Below are positions 49,626 to 59,705 of a stretch of DNA of 64,000 nucleotides, piece after piece; position 1 is the stretch's first letter; every line of letters begins with the position of its first letter. Origin of the DNA: Promethearchaeota archaeon (GTDB lineage Archaea; Asgardarchaeota; Hermodarchaeia; Hermodarchaeales; Hermodarchaeaceae); NCBI GenBank assembly GCA_048938295.1, contig JBHLMI010000011.1:1337-65336 (forward strand), in the 5' to 3' direction. A program made the translations under genes and the position numbers. The notes beneath the pieces were generated by a model. That model did not search any database and was not told the origin of the DNA. It saw only the letters and a program-made list of their open reading frames with translations.

Positions 49626-50597
49626 GTGTTAGCTAAGAATCCGATTGATCTTATCGGTAATACACCCATGGTGCTTGTGCGTAGCCTTAATCCAAATCCA
49701 AAGGTGCGTTTTTACCTGAAGCTTGAAAAATTCAATCCAGGTGGCTCGGTTAAGGACCGCATTGCCAAGTATATGATCGAAGATGCAGAACAACGCGGGG
49801 TACTGACTAAAGATAAGATTGTCGTGGAACCTACGAGTGGGAATACGGGTATTGGTCTGGCGATGGTGTGTGGCGTTAAGGAGCATCGGCTTGTGCTGGT
49901 GATGCCCGAATCGATGACTCGAGAACGTCGACAGATGCTGATTGCGTATGGGGCGCACCTTATCCTAACCCCCGCGAAAAAGGGTATGGATGGTGCAGAA
50001 GATGAAGCCCATCGTATTGCCAACGAGAATCCGGATACCTATTTCATGCCCAACCAGTTCGCCAATGAAGCGAATGTACGGGCTCACCGAGAAACGACAG
50101 CCGAGGAAATCTGGCGGGATACAAGAGGAAAGATCACCCATTTTGTTGCTGGATTAGGAACGACGGGGACTGTCATGGGCGTAGGTTCCGCATTGAAACC
50201 TAGAAATAAAGAATTACAACTCATTTGTGTGGAAGCGGATGCCAAAACGCCGATACCCGGGCTCAAGAACCTCACAACGCAATATGTGCCCAAAATCTTT
50301 CAGAAGGAATTGATTGATGGACGAACAACTGTCTGCTTAGATGAGGCCCAAGAAGCTGTACGACTTTTGGCGTTACGCGAAGGAGTGTTTGTAGGTCCCA
50401 GTTCAGGGGCAATTTTCATTAGGGCACACGAACTGGCAAAGTCAATTAAATCAGGGACAATCGTGGCTTTAATGCCAGACGGAGGAGAACGATACCTTAG
50501 TACACAGGAATGTGATCTCAACAAGTGCAGTGAATGCGTCCAACGATACGGAATTGAATGCATACTACCTTCGCTACGATCCCCCAAATCACTGTAG
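49626..50597 (+). CDS. PLP-dependent cysteine synthase / CBS-like enzyme
   Basis: FNPGGSVKDRIAKYMIEDA PLP-lysine motif; Cys-rich C-terminal tail CDLNKCSECVQRYGIEC; GTG start. Confidence 0.8.
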   Translation: MLAKNPIDLIGNTPMVLVRSLNPNPKVRFYLKLEKFNPGGSVKDRIAKYMIEDAEQRGVLTKDKIVVEPTSGNTGIGLAMVCGVKEHRLVLVMPESMTRERRQMLIAYGAHLILTPAKKGMDGAEDEAHRIANENPDTYFMPNQFANEANVRAHRETTAEEIWRDTRGKITHFVAGLGTTGTVMGVGSALKPRNKELQLICVEADAKTPIPGLKNLTTQYVPKIFQKELIDGRTTVCLDEAQEAVRLLALREGVFVGPSSGAIFIRAHELAKSIKSGTIVALMPDGGERYLSTQECDLNKCSECVQRYGIECILPSLRSPKSL

Positions 50598-50868
50598 AAT
50601 TGGTTAGTGGGTAATTCGCTGGTTTTAACTCGTATTAAAGCCACGATTGTAAAAAGGATATTCTTCCGATCGTCCTTGTTGCTAATAACCACTATTCCTC
50701 TGGTCATTCGCCTCGTACAGTTTAACCTGCAACACATGCCACTGTGTACATGTCGAATAAATTGTATATATTATTCCGAAAGGCTTTTACGTCGTCACAA
50801 TGGGAAGGTGTCGTTCTTCACGCAGGCGTTGAATAAATGAAAGCGCGAGATTGTAAGGGGTGAAATGA

Positions 50869-51297
50869 TTGAGTTCGTCCAAACATGTTATTGATGTGGC
50901 TCGCAGAAAAGTGGTTTCAGGGCTTCCGAACGACTCGCTCCAGTCGATAGCCAAGAGTATGGTGGACCATTGGATTACTAGTGTTGTCATCGTGGAAGCG
51001 GGGAAACCCGTGGGAATCGTGACTGATGGCATAATATTCAGGCTAATAGCTAAGGGGCATAATCCATTGAAGCTTATGGCAAAGGATGTAATGGCTCACC
51101 CAGTGGAAACAATCCATGAAGATGTAGATCTGGAAGATGCCGAAGACGCTTTTCGAAAATCCAAGGTGAGCCGGTTAGTAATAGTAAATGATAAAGGACA
51201 GGTTAAAGGCATCGTCAGCAAAAAAGACGTGGATCGGTTTGCCGCCTATTCGCTGGCAGAAAAGCTCCTTCAACATCGACACGAAGTCATGGACTAA
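50869..51297 (+). CDS. CBS-domain pair protein
   Basis: Two CBS motifs (VVIVEAGKPVGIVTDGIIFR and VSRLVIVNDKGQVKGIVSKKDV); TTG start after aaggggtga. Confidence 0.8.
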   Translation: MSSSKHVIDVARRKVVSGLPNDSLQSIAKSMVDHWITSVVIVEAGKPVGIVTDGIIFRLIAKGHNPLKLMAKDVMAHPVETIHEDVDLEDAEDAFRKSKVSRLVIVNDKGQVKGIVSKKDVDRFAAYSLAEKLLQHRHEVMD

Positions 51298-51568
51298 TCT
51301 TCAACTCCCTATGACAAATAGTAAAGCTAGCGTGAGACGTGGTTTTACAGTCGATAAATACCACTAGCATTGGCTTCGTAGACATGAGCGCAACACTTGA
51401 AAAAGGACGTGAGAATAGTAGTCGTGGCTACCCAACATTTAGCCTATGAGTGGCGTGATCGTGTACTTTGGTATTCTACTCTAGGCAATTGGTGACTTGT
51501 GTTAGGAATTAAACACTAGTAGTATTTTCATACTATCGTGTTGAAAAAAAGAGGAGAAGGGGATCAAG

Positions 51569-52216
51569 CTAGTGTAGCTTGATCTGCTTCATTTTTCGTT
51601 GGGGGCTAGGTTCCCGTTTGGGTATTTCCAGGTTTAAGACACCATTTTCCATGGTGCCTTCCGCGAGGTCGGGGTCGACTTCTTCGGGGAAGTTGATGGT
51701 TCGTTGGCTAGCAGAATAGCTTCGTTCGCGGTGCACAAATTCTTGGTCGTTTGCTGCTTTTTCTAATTTTCTTTCTGCGCGGATGTTCAATGTGTCATTG
51801 TTCAACTCGATTTTGACCATTTCCTTGCTATATCCGGGGAGTTCTGCTTTGATCAAGTATTGGTGGCCCTGATCGATGATATCGACAAGGGCTGCTCGAG
51901 TCGGCAAGGCATCCATTCTACTTGGCTCCCATGCTCGCATCGGGAGGAAGGGCGCCATCATATTGTCGAAAGATCTCTTGAAGTCGTCGAAGAGGGAATC
52001 AAATCCGCGGTAGAGGCGGTTATCGTTTCTCGGTTCAACCGCTACTCGTTGTTCGTTCATAGGAGAAGTTACGATGGCTTTTTTAGCTGCTGTTTGTCTC
52101 GACGTGTTTACTACCTTCAATTTACAACTTTTTGTAGTAAACCTTATATTACTAACTTGCTTATAAATATATCGGTAAAACACATCTCTCATAGCGAATA
52201 ATTGCCCAAAGATCAA
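51569..52216 (-). CDS. Hsp20/alpha-crystallin small heat-shock protein with N-terminal extension
   Basis: C-terminal alpha-crystallin domain (MVKIELNNDTLNIRAERK...GVLNLEIPK); true start may be an internal Met. Confidence 0.75.
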   Translation of the reverse strand: MIFGQLFAMRDVFYRYIYKQVSNIRFTTKSCKLKVVNTSRQTAAKKAIVTSPMNEQRVAVEPRNDNRLYRGFDSLFDDFKRSFDNMMAPFLPMRAWEPSRMDALPTRAALVDIIDQGHQYLIKAELPGYSKEMVKIELNNDTLNIRAERKLEKAANDQEFVHRERSYSASQRTINFPEEVDPDLAEGTMENGVLNLEIPKREPSPQRKMKQIKLH

Positions 52217-52266
52217 TCAAATCCAAGAATTACTCTAATGAAATGGGGCCTTGAGGTTCGTTAGTT

Positions 52267-53013
52267 TTATTCGAACAGGGTGGTGTCCAGGCTTGCTTTT
52301 AATTCGCTAATTATCTCTTTTACAGTGGCTTCCCGCAGATTCAACACTTCAGAAATACGTCTTATGCTGTCGTCATGGGAATCAATGGCATGGTGCAAGA
52401 CGCGGCGGGCATCGGGGCTATCAATTTGCTGCACCATCTTGCGGGTTTCTTTCATCACGCTGTTTCGAATGTAAAGGAGAACCAGTTTTTCTTCTTCGAG
52501 GTAATCGAGGTGTTCATCTATATCTGTTAGAATCTCTGCTAAGTGATCGATTTTCCTCTCTTCTTTAGGATATTTGAAAAGTTCCTTCACTCGATTCAGG
52601 AAGGCTGCTGCCTTTTCAGAAAGGGTTTCTTGGTCTGGCTCTACATCAAAGGCTATTACTTTCTCTTTGAAGAGATGTGGACCGATGTTCACCATGATAG
52701 CGAGGCTCTTGTTTAAGAAGTAGATTCGCCGTTTGGGTCCTTGAGGGCTTGTTTCTTTAGCAGACTCAACGAGCTGTGCCTTTTCCATGATTTTAAGATG
52801 TTTGGCGACAAGTTGTTGACTTAAATTGAGGTCTTTGGCAAGCTGGAGAGGGTAATTGGGTTCTTGGCTTAAACGTTGGATAACTAGTCGGCGAATGGGG
52901 CTGTCTAAAATTCGCAAAATTGAATCGAGCTCGGTATCGCGTCTCGGTTTGACTCCAGTTTCCTTTCCTTTTTTGGAAGTTGATACAATCTTTTTTTTGC
53001 TCTTACTATTCAT
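52267..53013 (-). CDS. winged-helix (ArsR-like) transcriptional regulator with C-terminal domain
   Basis: LRILDSPIRRLVIQRLSQEPNYPLQLAKDLNLSQQLVAKHLKIMEKAQLV wHTH; adjacent to hsp20. Confidence 0.6.
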   Translation of the reverse strand: MNSKSKKKIVSTSKKGKETGVKPRRDTELDSILRILDSPIRRLVIQRLSQEPNYPLQLAKDLNLSQQLVAKHLKIMEKAQLVESAKETSPQGPKRRIYFLNKSLAIMVNIGPHLFKEKVIAFDVEPDQETLSEKAAAFLNRVKELFKYPKEERKIDHLAEILTDIDEHLDYLEEEKLVLLYIRNSVMKETRKMVQQIDSPDARRVLHHAIDSHDDSIRRISEVLNLREATVKEIISELKASLDTTLFE

Positions 53014-53109
53014 CGCTATGTAAACTCTTCAATATACTACTAAATGTTGTATAATTAAAGTTATTTATTGTGCAGTTGCATAGAAGCCATCGTCTTTAGT
53101 CGAGGTAGT

Positions 53110-54804
53110 TCACGCTGTAACAACCTCAATTTTGAGTTTGGGTTTACTAATCACTTCACGTTGTTCTTTGAGGATGTTTCGGGCAATGTCTAAGGCTGTT
53201 TCATCATCGTAGACGCCTTGAGCGTTTTTCCGTGCTTCTTGGAGCATCTGACGCTGCACCTTGAGTTTCAAATCCCCAATGGTCAACGCACCAATACCAT
53301 AGTTTTCAGGAATTAGCTCACGAAAATCATCTGTAGGAGTTAGAGATTCGATTCCACTTGGAGGTACAGCATTTACATCCAATAGAATTTTTGTCCCTAA
53401 AACAGATTGCAGCTGTTCGAGTGATACTAATTGAATACCCGGAGAGCCAACAGCGAAAATAAGGTTAGCATCCTCTAGAAGTTCATGAAGGTCATCAGGT
53501 GAAGTTGATTGCACGCCTTCCACTTTATTACTCTCGATTGAGGCCCGGTGCGCTACTTCTCTGGCCCGGTCAATATTTCGTGAGGTTAATACTGTCAGCG
53601 CTCCACTCTTGGAAAGTAAATGAGCCACACTTTCTCCAACTGGTCCTGTACCTGCAAGAACTAACGCAATGTTACTTTTGAGTGAACCTTGGTTAAGTCT
53701 GCGCAGAGCTTCCTCAGCTTTGGCAACCATAGCCGCCGCCGTGGAAAATGCACCGTGTGGATCAATAATTACTGCCGTTTCGAAAGGTTTCACCATGGCC
53801 TTTTGAATTCTGTCTGCCATTTGACGAGCAAGGGAAACCTGACGTCCTCCAACAAAGAAGCAAAGATGCTTTACTCCCTTGGTTCCCCTTGAAAAGATAG
53901 CATCTTGGACTAAGTCTTGAATCCGATCAAGCGACACTCCAGAATATGGAACTACAACATCAAATCCTGCGTCGTACGCTACACAGATATCAAACGGGCT
54001 AGCGTGGTCATCCGCTTCTAGGAAAAAAAGAATGTCACTTAGTTTTGTTTTTGGGCGCTTAATCACTGGCACAACAGAAACCGAAGAAACTCCTGTGAGC
54101 TCCGTCATGCCTTTCATTTCCTCTTTTGGCACTTCTGAAAGAATTCGTTTGAAGCTTATAGGGACCACATCTACCTCCAAGGATTGCAAAAGTTCCATTA
54201 AACCTTGGAAATGTCTGGGGCTGCTCAAGTGAAACGTGGTTATTCGCTTCTTCTTAAGAAGTTCAGCTTGTTGTAAAATCCCCATAGTAATCCAGCTTTC
54301 ACGGATTCCAAATTGTACTTGTCTAATTTCCTCTTCAAGTTCATCGTGCAAGTACTGACCATAGGCGACAAGCCGATCTATTTTGTCTTGCACACTTGGA
54401 GTTATTTTTTCATCTGATAGGATTCTTAACCCGTCTAAGACCTCATTGCGCTTTTCCAGTTTCAACTTGATACTCCGTGAGAGGTATGAGTGAGCGAACT
54501 CGTCCATTTCAACCGCATAAAAAGGGATCTTTAATTTTGAGAATACATCCGCTACTGGGTTGTCTTCACGGAATTCCTTCAAGCTCCGCAGACCCAATTC
54601 ATCGGTGGCAAAATCTGGTGACTCTGATTCAGCAATCTGCTTGATCATATCGCAATAAGCCATTGAAGGGCGTTTTATTGCAGAAATCTTCGATTCAGAT
54701 TCAGAAGGAGGGGAATGAATGAGCCAAGGTTCGTCATAGGCCTTTCTAATTAGGAAGACCCGCAATTTTTTCCCACTTAAAGGGGCAAGCTCTAACGTTT
54801 TCAA
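53110..54804 (-). CDS. fusion protein: unknown ~270-aa N-terminal domain plus MtdA-like NAD(P)-dependent methylene-H4MPT/H4F dehydrogenase domain
   Basis: C-terminal half matches MtdA family (FDxxVxYDAGFD...FVGG...TAAAMVAKA...VLAGTGPVGESVA...GDLKLKVQR); N-terminal half has no recognised motif. Confidence 0.7.
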   Translation of the reverse strand: MKTLELAPLSGKKLRVFLIRKAYDEPWLIHSPPSESESKISAIKRPSMAYCDMIKQIAESESPDFATDELGLRSLKEFREDNPVADVFSKLKIPFYAVEMDEFAHSYLSRSIKLKLEKRNEVLDGLRILSDEKITPSVQDKIDRLVAYGQYLHDELEEEIRQVQFGIRESWITMGILQQAELLKKKRITTFHLSSPRHFQGLMELLQSLEVDVVPISFKRILSEVPKEEMKGMTELTGVSSVSVVPVIKRPKTKLSDILFFLEADDHASPFDICVAYDAGFDVVVPYSGVSLDRIQDLVQDAIFSRGTKGVKHLCFFVGGRQVSLARQMADRIQKAMVKPFETAVIIDPHGAFSTAAAMVAKAEEALRRLNQGSLKSNIALVLAGTGPVGESVAHLLSKSGALTVLTSRNIDRAREVAHRASIESNKVEGVQSTSPDDLHELLEDANLIFAVGSPGIQLVSLEQLQSVLGTKILLDVNAVPPSGIESLTPTDDFRELIPENYGIGALTIGDLKLKVQRQMLQEARKNAQGVYDDETALDIARNILKEQREVISKPKLKIEVVTA

Positions 54805-54960
54805 TTAATCACCTGCCTATATTAGGCAGTTAAGGCTTCTTCCCATCTGAGAAAAAGGCGATGAAAATTTATTTTAGATGAAAAAAGACAATTTTTATAG
54901 TCAAGCTCGTTGCCCAAGGCAAATTGTGAACTAGATCGGGGCAGATATCTTAAGTTCAAA

Positions 54961-56304
54961 TCATGTTTTTCGTTCTCCAGCTTCTCTAAATCTATAATCT
55001 GTATGAGCTGCACAAGAAACGCAGGGATCAAAACATCGAACAGCCATCATAGCCCGTTCAAGGATTTTTTCATTTGGCCAACCAAGATTTATGCAAGCAC
55101 TCATGACGTTTTGTACAATCACCGCTATCGCACGGGCATTAAGCTCTGTTGGCACTCGAATGTCGATATCTTTGATTCTGTTGCTACTATTTGTACTTAC
55201 TCGGTAAAGGAGAATTCCCCGTGGAGCTTCAACTGCACTAGCTCCGATTCTAGTTCCTGGTGTCAACCCAATTGAAGAGTCTTCATCTTTCGACCATTCT
55301 GTTTCCAACAGGTTGATTGCATTTGTGAGAGCGAATTCCATTTCGTCAATTCGAAGAAGCCCGGTTTGGAACAGGTTAGGCACTCCTATGTACGATTTCT
55401 TACTTTTCGTTGGCTTAGACTGAAGTACAGCTAGTCGGGCATAAGGCCCCGCTAAGAGATTCTTGGATTCGTCGTTTGATTTGATGTAGACAACTTTTGT
55501 GGGGGCATCTAACAGGTCCTGCTCCACTAAGTATTCAGAGAAATCATCACAGGCAACGGTTTCATGTGTTCCATCATCAGAAATGAAATGGACCTGATTA
55601 AGACCAGAAAACCGGTTGGCCTTTGTTTCAAAGGAGCTAATATAAAGTGGAAGAGGAAGTGCATAGTGTTGGATTTCCTCTTCGATTTCATCTAGTAGCG
55701 AATTGTAGTATTCTTTAGTCCATTTCACTCCCGAGAGCGTTGAAGAAAGTTGTTGGATAAGATCTTGCTGTTGAGTGCTATTGATGTTTTGAACGACTCC
55801 ACCTGGAATCAGGTTAAAGGCTAAATTAGTATTACCTGCTGTTGCGGTGATTAACGCTTCTGCACACTCGTATAATTTTGTAGCAATTGGTAGAACTCGT
55901 GGTTGCATGCGATCAATGCCAAGGATGTCTTGTCGAGAGATTTGGTTTGTAAGATACATCAAATCAGCCAAAGTAGAAAAGAACACACTATATGTGTGCG
56001 ATCGGATGATTTCTCCCAAGAGCGCCAGTTCGCGGATTAACTCGGCAATTGGGGGAATTGATACATCTGTAGTCGATTCAATTGCTTTTATTGCTCCTAT
56101 TCTATGGGCAACTGGACAAATTCCACAGATCCGCGGAACAATTTTTGGTAAGTCATTAATGTGTTGTCCAATTAGAACGTTCAAAAAGTCCCGTGCCGTT
56201 GGCATGTTATATACAACATTTGTTATGCGATCTTTGTCTCGCGTTACAATGAGCTTGCTTTCGCCTTCTATCCGTGTCATTGGTAAGGATAGTCGAATTT
56301 TCAT
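54961..56304 (-). CDS. mvhA: [NiFe] hydrogenase large subunit, F420-non-reducing (Mvh/Vhu, group 3c)
   Basis: N-terminal RICGICPVAH and C-terminal DPCVSCAAH Ni-Fe ligands with C-terminal extension; TRIEG start region. Confidence 0.9.
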   Translation of the reverse strand: MKIRLSLPMTRIEGESKLIVTRDKDRITNVVYNMPTARDFLNVLIGQHINDLPKIVPRICGICPVAHRIGAIKAIESTTDVSIPPIAELIRELALLGEIIRSHTYSVFFSTLADLMYLTNQISRQDILGIDRMQPRVLPIATKLYECAEALITATAGNTNLAFNLIPGGVVQNINSTQQQDLIQQLSSTLSGVKWTKEYYNSLLDEIEEEIQHYALPLPLYISSFETKANRFSGLNQVHFISDDGTHETVACDDFSEYLVEQDLLDAPTKVVYIKSNDESKNLLAGPYARLAVLQSKPTKSKKSYIGVPNLFQTGLLRIDEMEFALTNAINLLETEWSKDEDSSIGLTPGTRIGASAVEAPRGILLYRVSTNSSNRIKDIDIRVPTELNARAIAVIVQNVMSACINLGWPNEKILERAMMAVRCFDPCVSCAAHTDYRFREAGERKT

Positions 56305-57035
56305 TGTTTAAACTTCAGCTCCGGTTTTTGATATCTAAAAGCGAGAGCCGCATACTTACGAATGGCGTCGCTGACTTTTATGAGAGAGAAGAAATTAGCG
56401 AGAGTCGAGGGTAGATTCCGGTCTATGGCACCCATACAGCCATCACAGGGAGTGGCTCCCTTAATACAAAGGGCTTCACACCCTGCACGGGTTATTGGGC
56501 CTAAACAGAGTATTCCCTCGCGTAAAAAACAGCTTTGGGGAGGGCGTACGTTATGTAAGGACGTTATCTCAACATCAAATGCTTGATCTTGGGCAAACGG
56601 GCATTCTCCACACACGTTTTTGTCAGGGAGTTCGATTTCAGAACCATCAATTGCGCTCATCAACAGATTTCCAAGTAACTTTCGTGGTGGCGGACAGCCA
56701 GGTAATGACATGTATAAGTCAACGAATTTACTGATGGGATCTATACGCATGTTGGGGGATTGGCTCATTATTCCACCGAGAACGGCACAGCTTCCCAAAG
56801 CGATGATTTTGGTTCCTGCGGTCCATAGTCTTCGAAGAAGTTCCGCGTCTTCATCTCGAGTGACTCCACCTTCTACAAATGCGATATCTAAATCCGTGTC
56901 AACTTGAACATCAGAGATTAATCGAAACACACGAATATCAACTGATTTAAGGAGTTCAGGGAATAGGGCGCTACCAAGTATGGCAAACATACACCCGCTA
57001 CAGGAGTTTAGTTGAAGAAAACCAATCTTAGTCAT
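56301..57035 (-). CDS. mvhG: [NiFe] hydrogenase small subunit (MvhG-type)
   Basis: NSCSGC proximal cluster motif, GCPP, additional Cys clusters; overlaps mvhA by ATGA. Confidence 0.85.
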   Translation of the reverse strand: MTKIGFLQLNSCSGCMFAILGSALFPELLKSVDIRVFRLISDVQVDTDLDIAFVEGGVTRDEDAELLRRLWTAGTKIIALGSCAVLGGIMSQSPNMRIDPISKFVDLYMSLPGCPPPRKLLGNLLMSAIDGSEIELPDKNVCGECPFAQDQAFDVEITSLHNVRPPQSCFLREGILCLGPITRAGCEALCIKGATPCDGCMGAIDRNLPSTLANFFSLIKVSDAIRKYAALAFRYQKPELKFKQ

Positions 57036-59563
57036 TAGCCTAATAGCTCCTCTAATTCAGTGGAAAATTGATTGACCTGGTTCGCGAACACGTGACCTTC
57101 AACGGCTGACACATTCAATACGCGTACACGTTTTTGTAGTTCGTCTCCATAAAAATCTGCGAGAACACCAATTCGTGTCTGAGCCTTCTTGATACCCTCA
57201 AAGAACCGGCAAGCTGTTTCATGACAGCCAACAACCATAACACCATCAAATCCGTGGTTTAACGCTGTTATTACATAATTTGCATCGATTGAACCCGCGC
57301 ATGGCAGTCTAATGACCATTGCACCAGGATCATAGTCCAGTCGACGAATGCCTGCATTATCCACTGCCGGGTATCCACATGAGTTGCAGGAAAACACAAT
57401 TATTCGGGGGGAGGCTGTGCTCATTGAGAGGGCATTCATTGCAGCTTGAACCTCCTCCTGAATTGGAGGGGAAGCCAGAGCTCCGGTTGGGCATATTGCG
57501 ATGCAGGCTCCACAGCCTTCACATTTTAGCGTATCGATACGAAGTGTGTCAGCTATGATGGCGAGAGCGTTAAAGGGACAGGACTCTACACAGAGATTAC
57601 AAAGCCCACATTTTTCTTGATTAATTTGAATTGGTATGTCCCCTGCAGGGAGGCTATCTTTTCCTAATAGAAGAAGAACTTCTAATGCGGTATCTCGAGA
57701 ATCTGCTACTAAGTCGGCATAAGCTTTAGGACCAGTTATAGACCCACAAGCCCAAATACCTGAGGATAAGCTCTTTGGGTCAATGAAACCTCGTCTATCC
57801 AAGGAAAAATTCGTCATACTACGAAGGGTTAGCTGTTGGTCTCCTGGCGTCATACCCATATTGAGAACAATAAGATCTGCTGGGAATGAATTTGAATCAG
57901 TTTGGATTAAGCGTTTATGCCCCCGATGAATGATCTTAATGCTTTCACAAAAGTGAATATGAGAATATTCTGGGATGAAGGTGCTTCGATCAGGGGGAAT
58001 TAAGGCTATCTGGTAAAGGACATTGATGGAAGTATTGGGCGCCTTTTTTTCTACAATCTCTAGGTATTTGAGCGCGAGGTTACAGCAGTAGTTTGAACAA
58101 GCCTTGGTTCGGTTCTGACATTGAAGAACAATTATGGAACGGGCAGGTTGGCCGGTTGTTGGGCAGATTATATTGCCTCCTGTTGGTCCATCAGGCGCTA
58201 GCATACGTTCAAATTCGGATGAAGTGATAATATCCTTAGCAGGGTTATATTGAATTGCTCCTTGAGATGGCAAGGTTTTAGGATCGCATACTTCTGCGCC
58301 TGTTGCAAGAATTATGGCACCAACCGTGAACTTCTTGGTTACAGGTTCTTGATCAAGATTAATCGCTTTAGATGGGCATGCTTTTTCGCATTTTCGGCAT
58401 GTCCGGCAAAAATCAATATCCTCCTGTTCAATGACGGGTCTACTAGGATATGCGGCAGGGCAAGGCACATGGATGAGTTTACGTTGGCTAATATGGTACT
58501 CAAATGCATCTGGACGAGACTCAGGACACGTATCGACACAAGAGCCGCACATTATGCATTTTGATAAATCGACATATCGGGGCTGTTGCAGAGCAGTAAT
58601 CTCATAATTGCCAATTGTTCCTGAAATATCGGAGAGTTCGGTATTAGTAAGAATTCGTATGTTCCCTGAAAGCATAACTGAGGATACATCCTCAGCAATC
58701 ATACATGGACCACAATCGATAGCCCCATAGATGCTTTCCCATCGCCGCGCGATTCCACCTAGACATGACTCTTTCTCTAGCAGAATAATGGAATAGTTGG
58801 ATTGAGCCAAAACCTTGGCAACCTCTACTCCAGCTAGTCCACCACCAATGATGGCGGCACTTTTCCGAATTGGTAACGTACGCTTTGGAATTGAGACCCG
58901 ATGCCGGAGCATCTCAGCGCTGGCCCGTATTAGAAGTAACGCTTTTTCTGTGGCTTGCTCGGGTTTATTTCTATGAACCCAAGCACAATGTTCACGTATG
59001 TTCGCGAATTCAATGGGTATATCCAATTGCATTCGAATAGCGGTAAACATTTGGCTGTGAAGGTGAGGGGAGCAGGCTGCAATTACAAGATTATTCAGAA
59101 AATACCGATCACACCATGCTTTTAGTTTCTCAACGTTTTCTAACAAACATAAATGCTGAAACACCATTGTACGTTCAACATATGGCAGATCATTGACTTT
59201 CTCCATAAGCTCCCCGACATTAATGGCTTGATGAATTTCCTCCCCACAAGAACAGACAATTACGCCAATACGGAAAATTGCTCCTCGTGAATCCGCTTCG
59301 CTCAGATCGATTGCCTCTCCGGCCATCAATTGTTCCTTGGCGGTCATTAGGCGGATTGCATTTGTTCCTGCGGCGGAAAGTTGATAGAAGCCATTCCGTT
59401 TCTCTATGAACCCCTCCAGTTTTTTGAGATGATAATTGAAGAGACCTGTTTTCGTGAGCCCTAATCTTTTCATCAAATCATTATAGGTGATTAGTCGTTC
59501 AGCGTCTAATATTCGAAGAATTTGTTCGCGGAGTGGATGGGCCAAAGCCGCATATACATTCAT
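57035..59563 (-). CDS. hdrA: HdrA-like flavoprotein fused to MvhD, with N-terminal winged-helix domain
   Basis: Residues 1-75 wHTH (LREQILRILDAERLITYNDLMKRLGLTKTGLFNYHLKKLEGFIE); then HdrA hallmarks RIGVIVCSCGEEI, AACSPHLH, FAD GGGLAGVEVA, ferredoxin CxxCxxCxxxCP x3; C-terminal MvhD domain (FSCNSCGYPAVDNAG...LPCAGSID). Confidence 0.85.
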   Translation of the reverse strand: MNVYAALAHPLREQILRILDAERLITYNDLMKRLGLTKTGLFNYHLKKLEGFIEKRNGFYQLSAAGTNAIRLMTAKEQLMAGEAIDLSEADSRGAIFRIGVIVCSCGEEIHQAINVGELMEKVNDLPYVERTMVFQHLCLLENVEKLKAWCDRYFLNNLVIAACSPHLHSQMFTAIRMQLDIPIEFANIREHCAWVHRNKPEQATEKALLLIRASAEMLRHRVSIPKRTLPIRKSAAIIGGGLAGVEVAKVLAQSNYSIILLEKESCLGGIARRWESIYGAIDCGPCMIAEDVSSVMLSGNIRILTNTELSDISGTIGNYEITALQQPRYVDLSKCIMCGSCVDTCPESRPDAFEYHISQRKLIHVPCPAAYPSRPVIEQEDIDFCRTCRKCEKACPSKAINLDQEPVTKKFTVGAIILATGAEVCDPKTLPSQGAIQYNPAKDIITSSEFERMLAPDGPTGGNIICPTTGQPARSIIVLQCQNRTKACSNYCCNLALKYLEIVEKKAPNTSINVLYQIALIPPDRSTFIPEYSHIHFCESIKIIHRGHKRLIQTDSNSFPADLIVLNMGMTPGDQQLTLRSMTNFSLDRRGFIDPKSLSSGIWACGSITGPKAYADLVADSRDTALEVLLLLGKDSLPAGDIPIQINQEKCGLCNLCVESCPFNALAIIADTLRIDTLKCEGCGACIAICPTGALASPPIQEEVQAAMNALSMSTASPRIIVFSCNSCGYPAVDNAGIRRLDYDPGAMVIRLPCAGSIDANYVITALNHGFDGVMVVGCHETACRFFEGIKKAQTRIGVLADFYGDELQKRVRVLNVSAVEGHVFANQVNQFSTELEELLG

Positions 59564-59705
59564 CTTGGGGTCCTTCTCGTGATTTCTGTGGAGAAATACC
59601 TTAGATAACTCTAATTGTCAAGAAACATAACTTAGACAAAAAAGCTTGCCCTGTTTAAAAAGGCAAGCAATGGCTGCAACTATTCTTGCTACTTCTGATG
59701 AGAAA

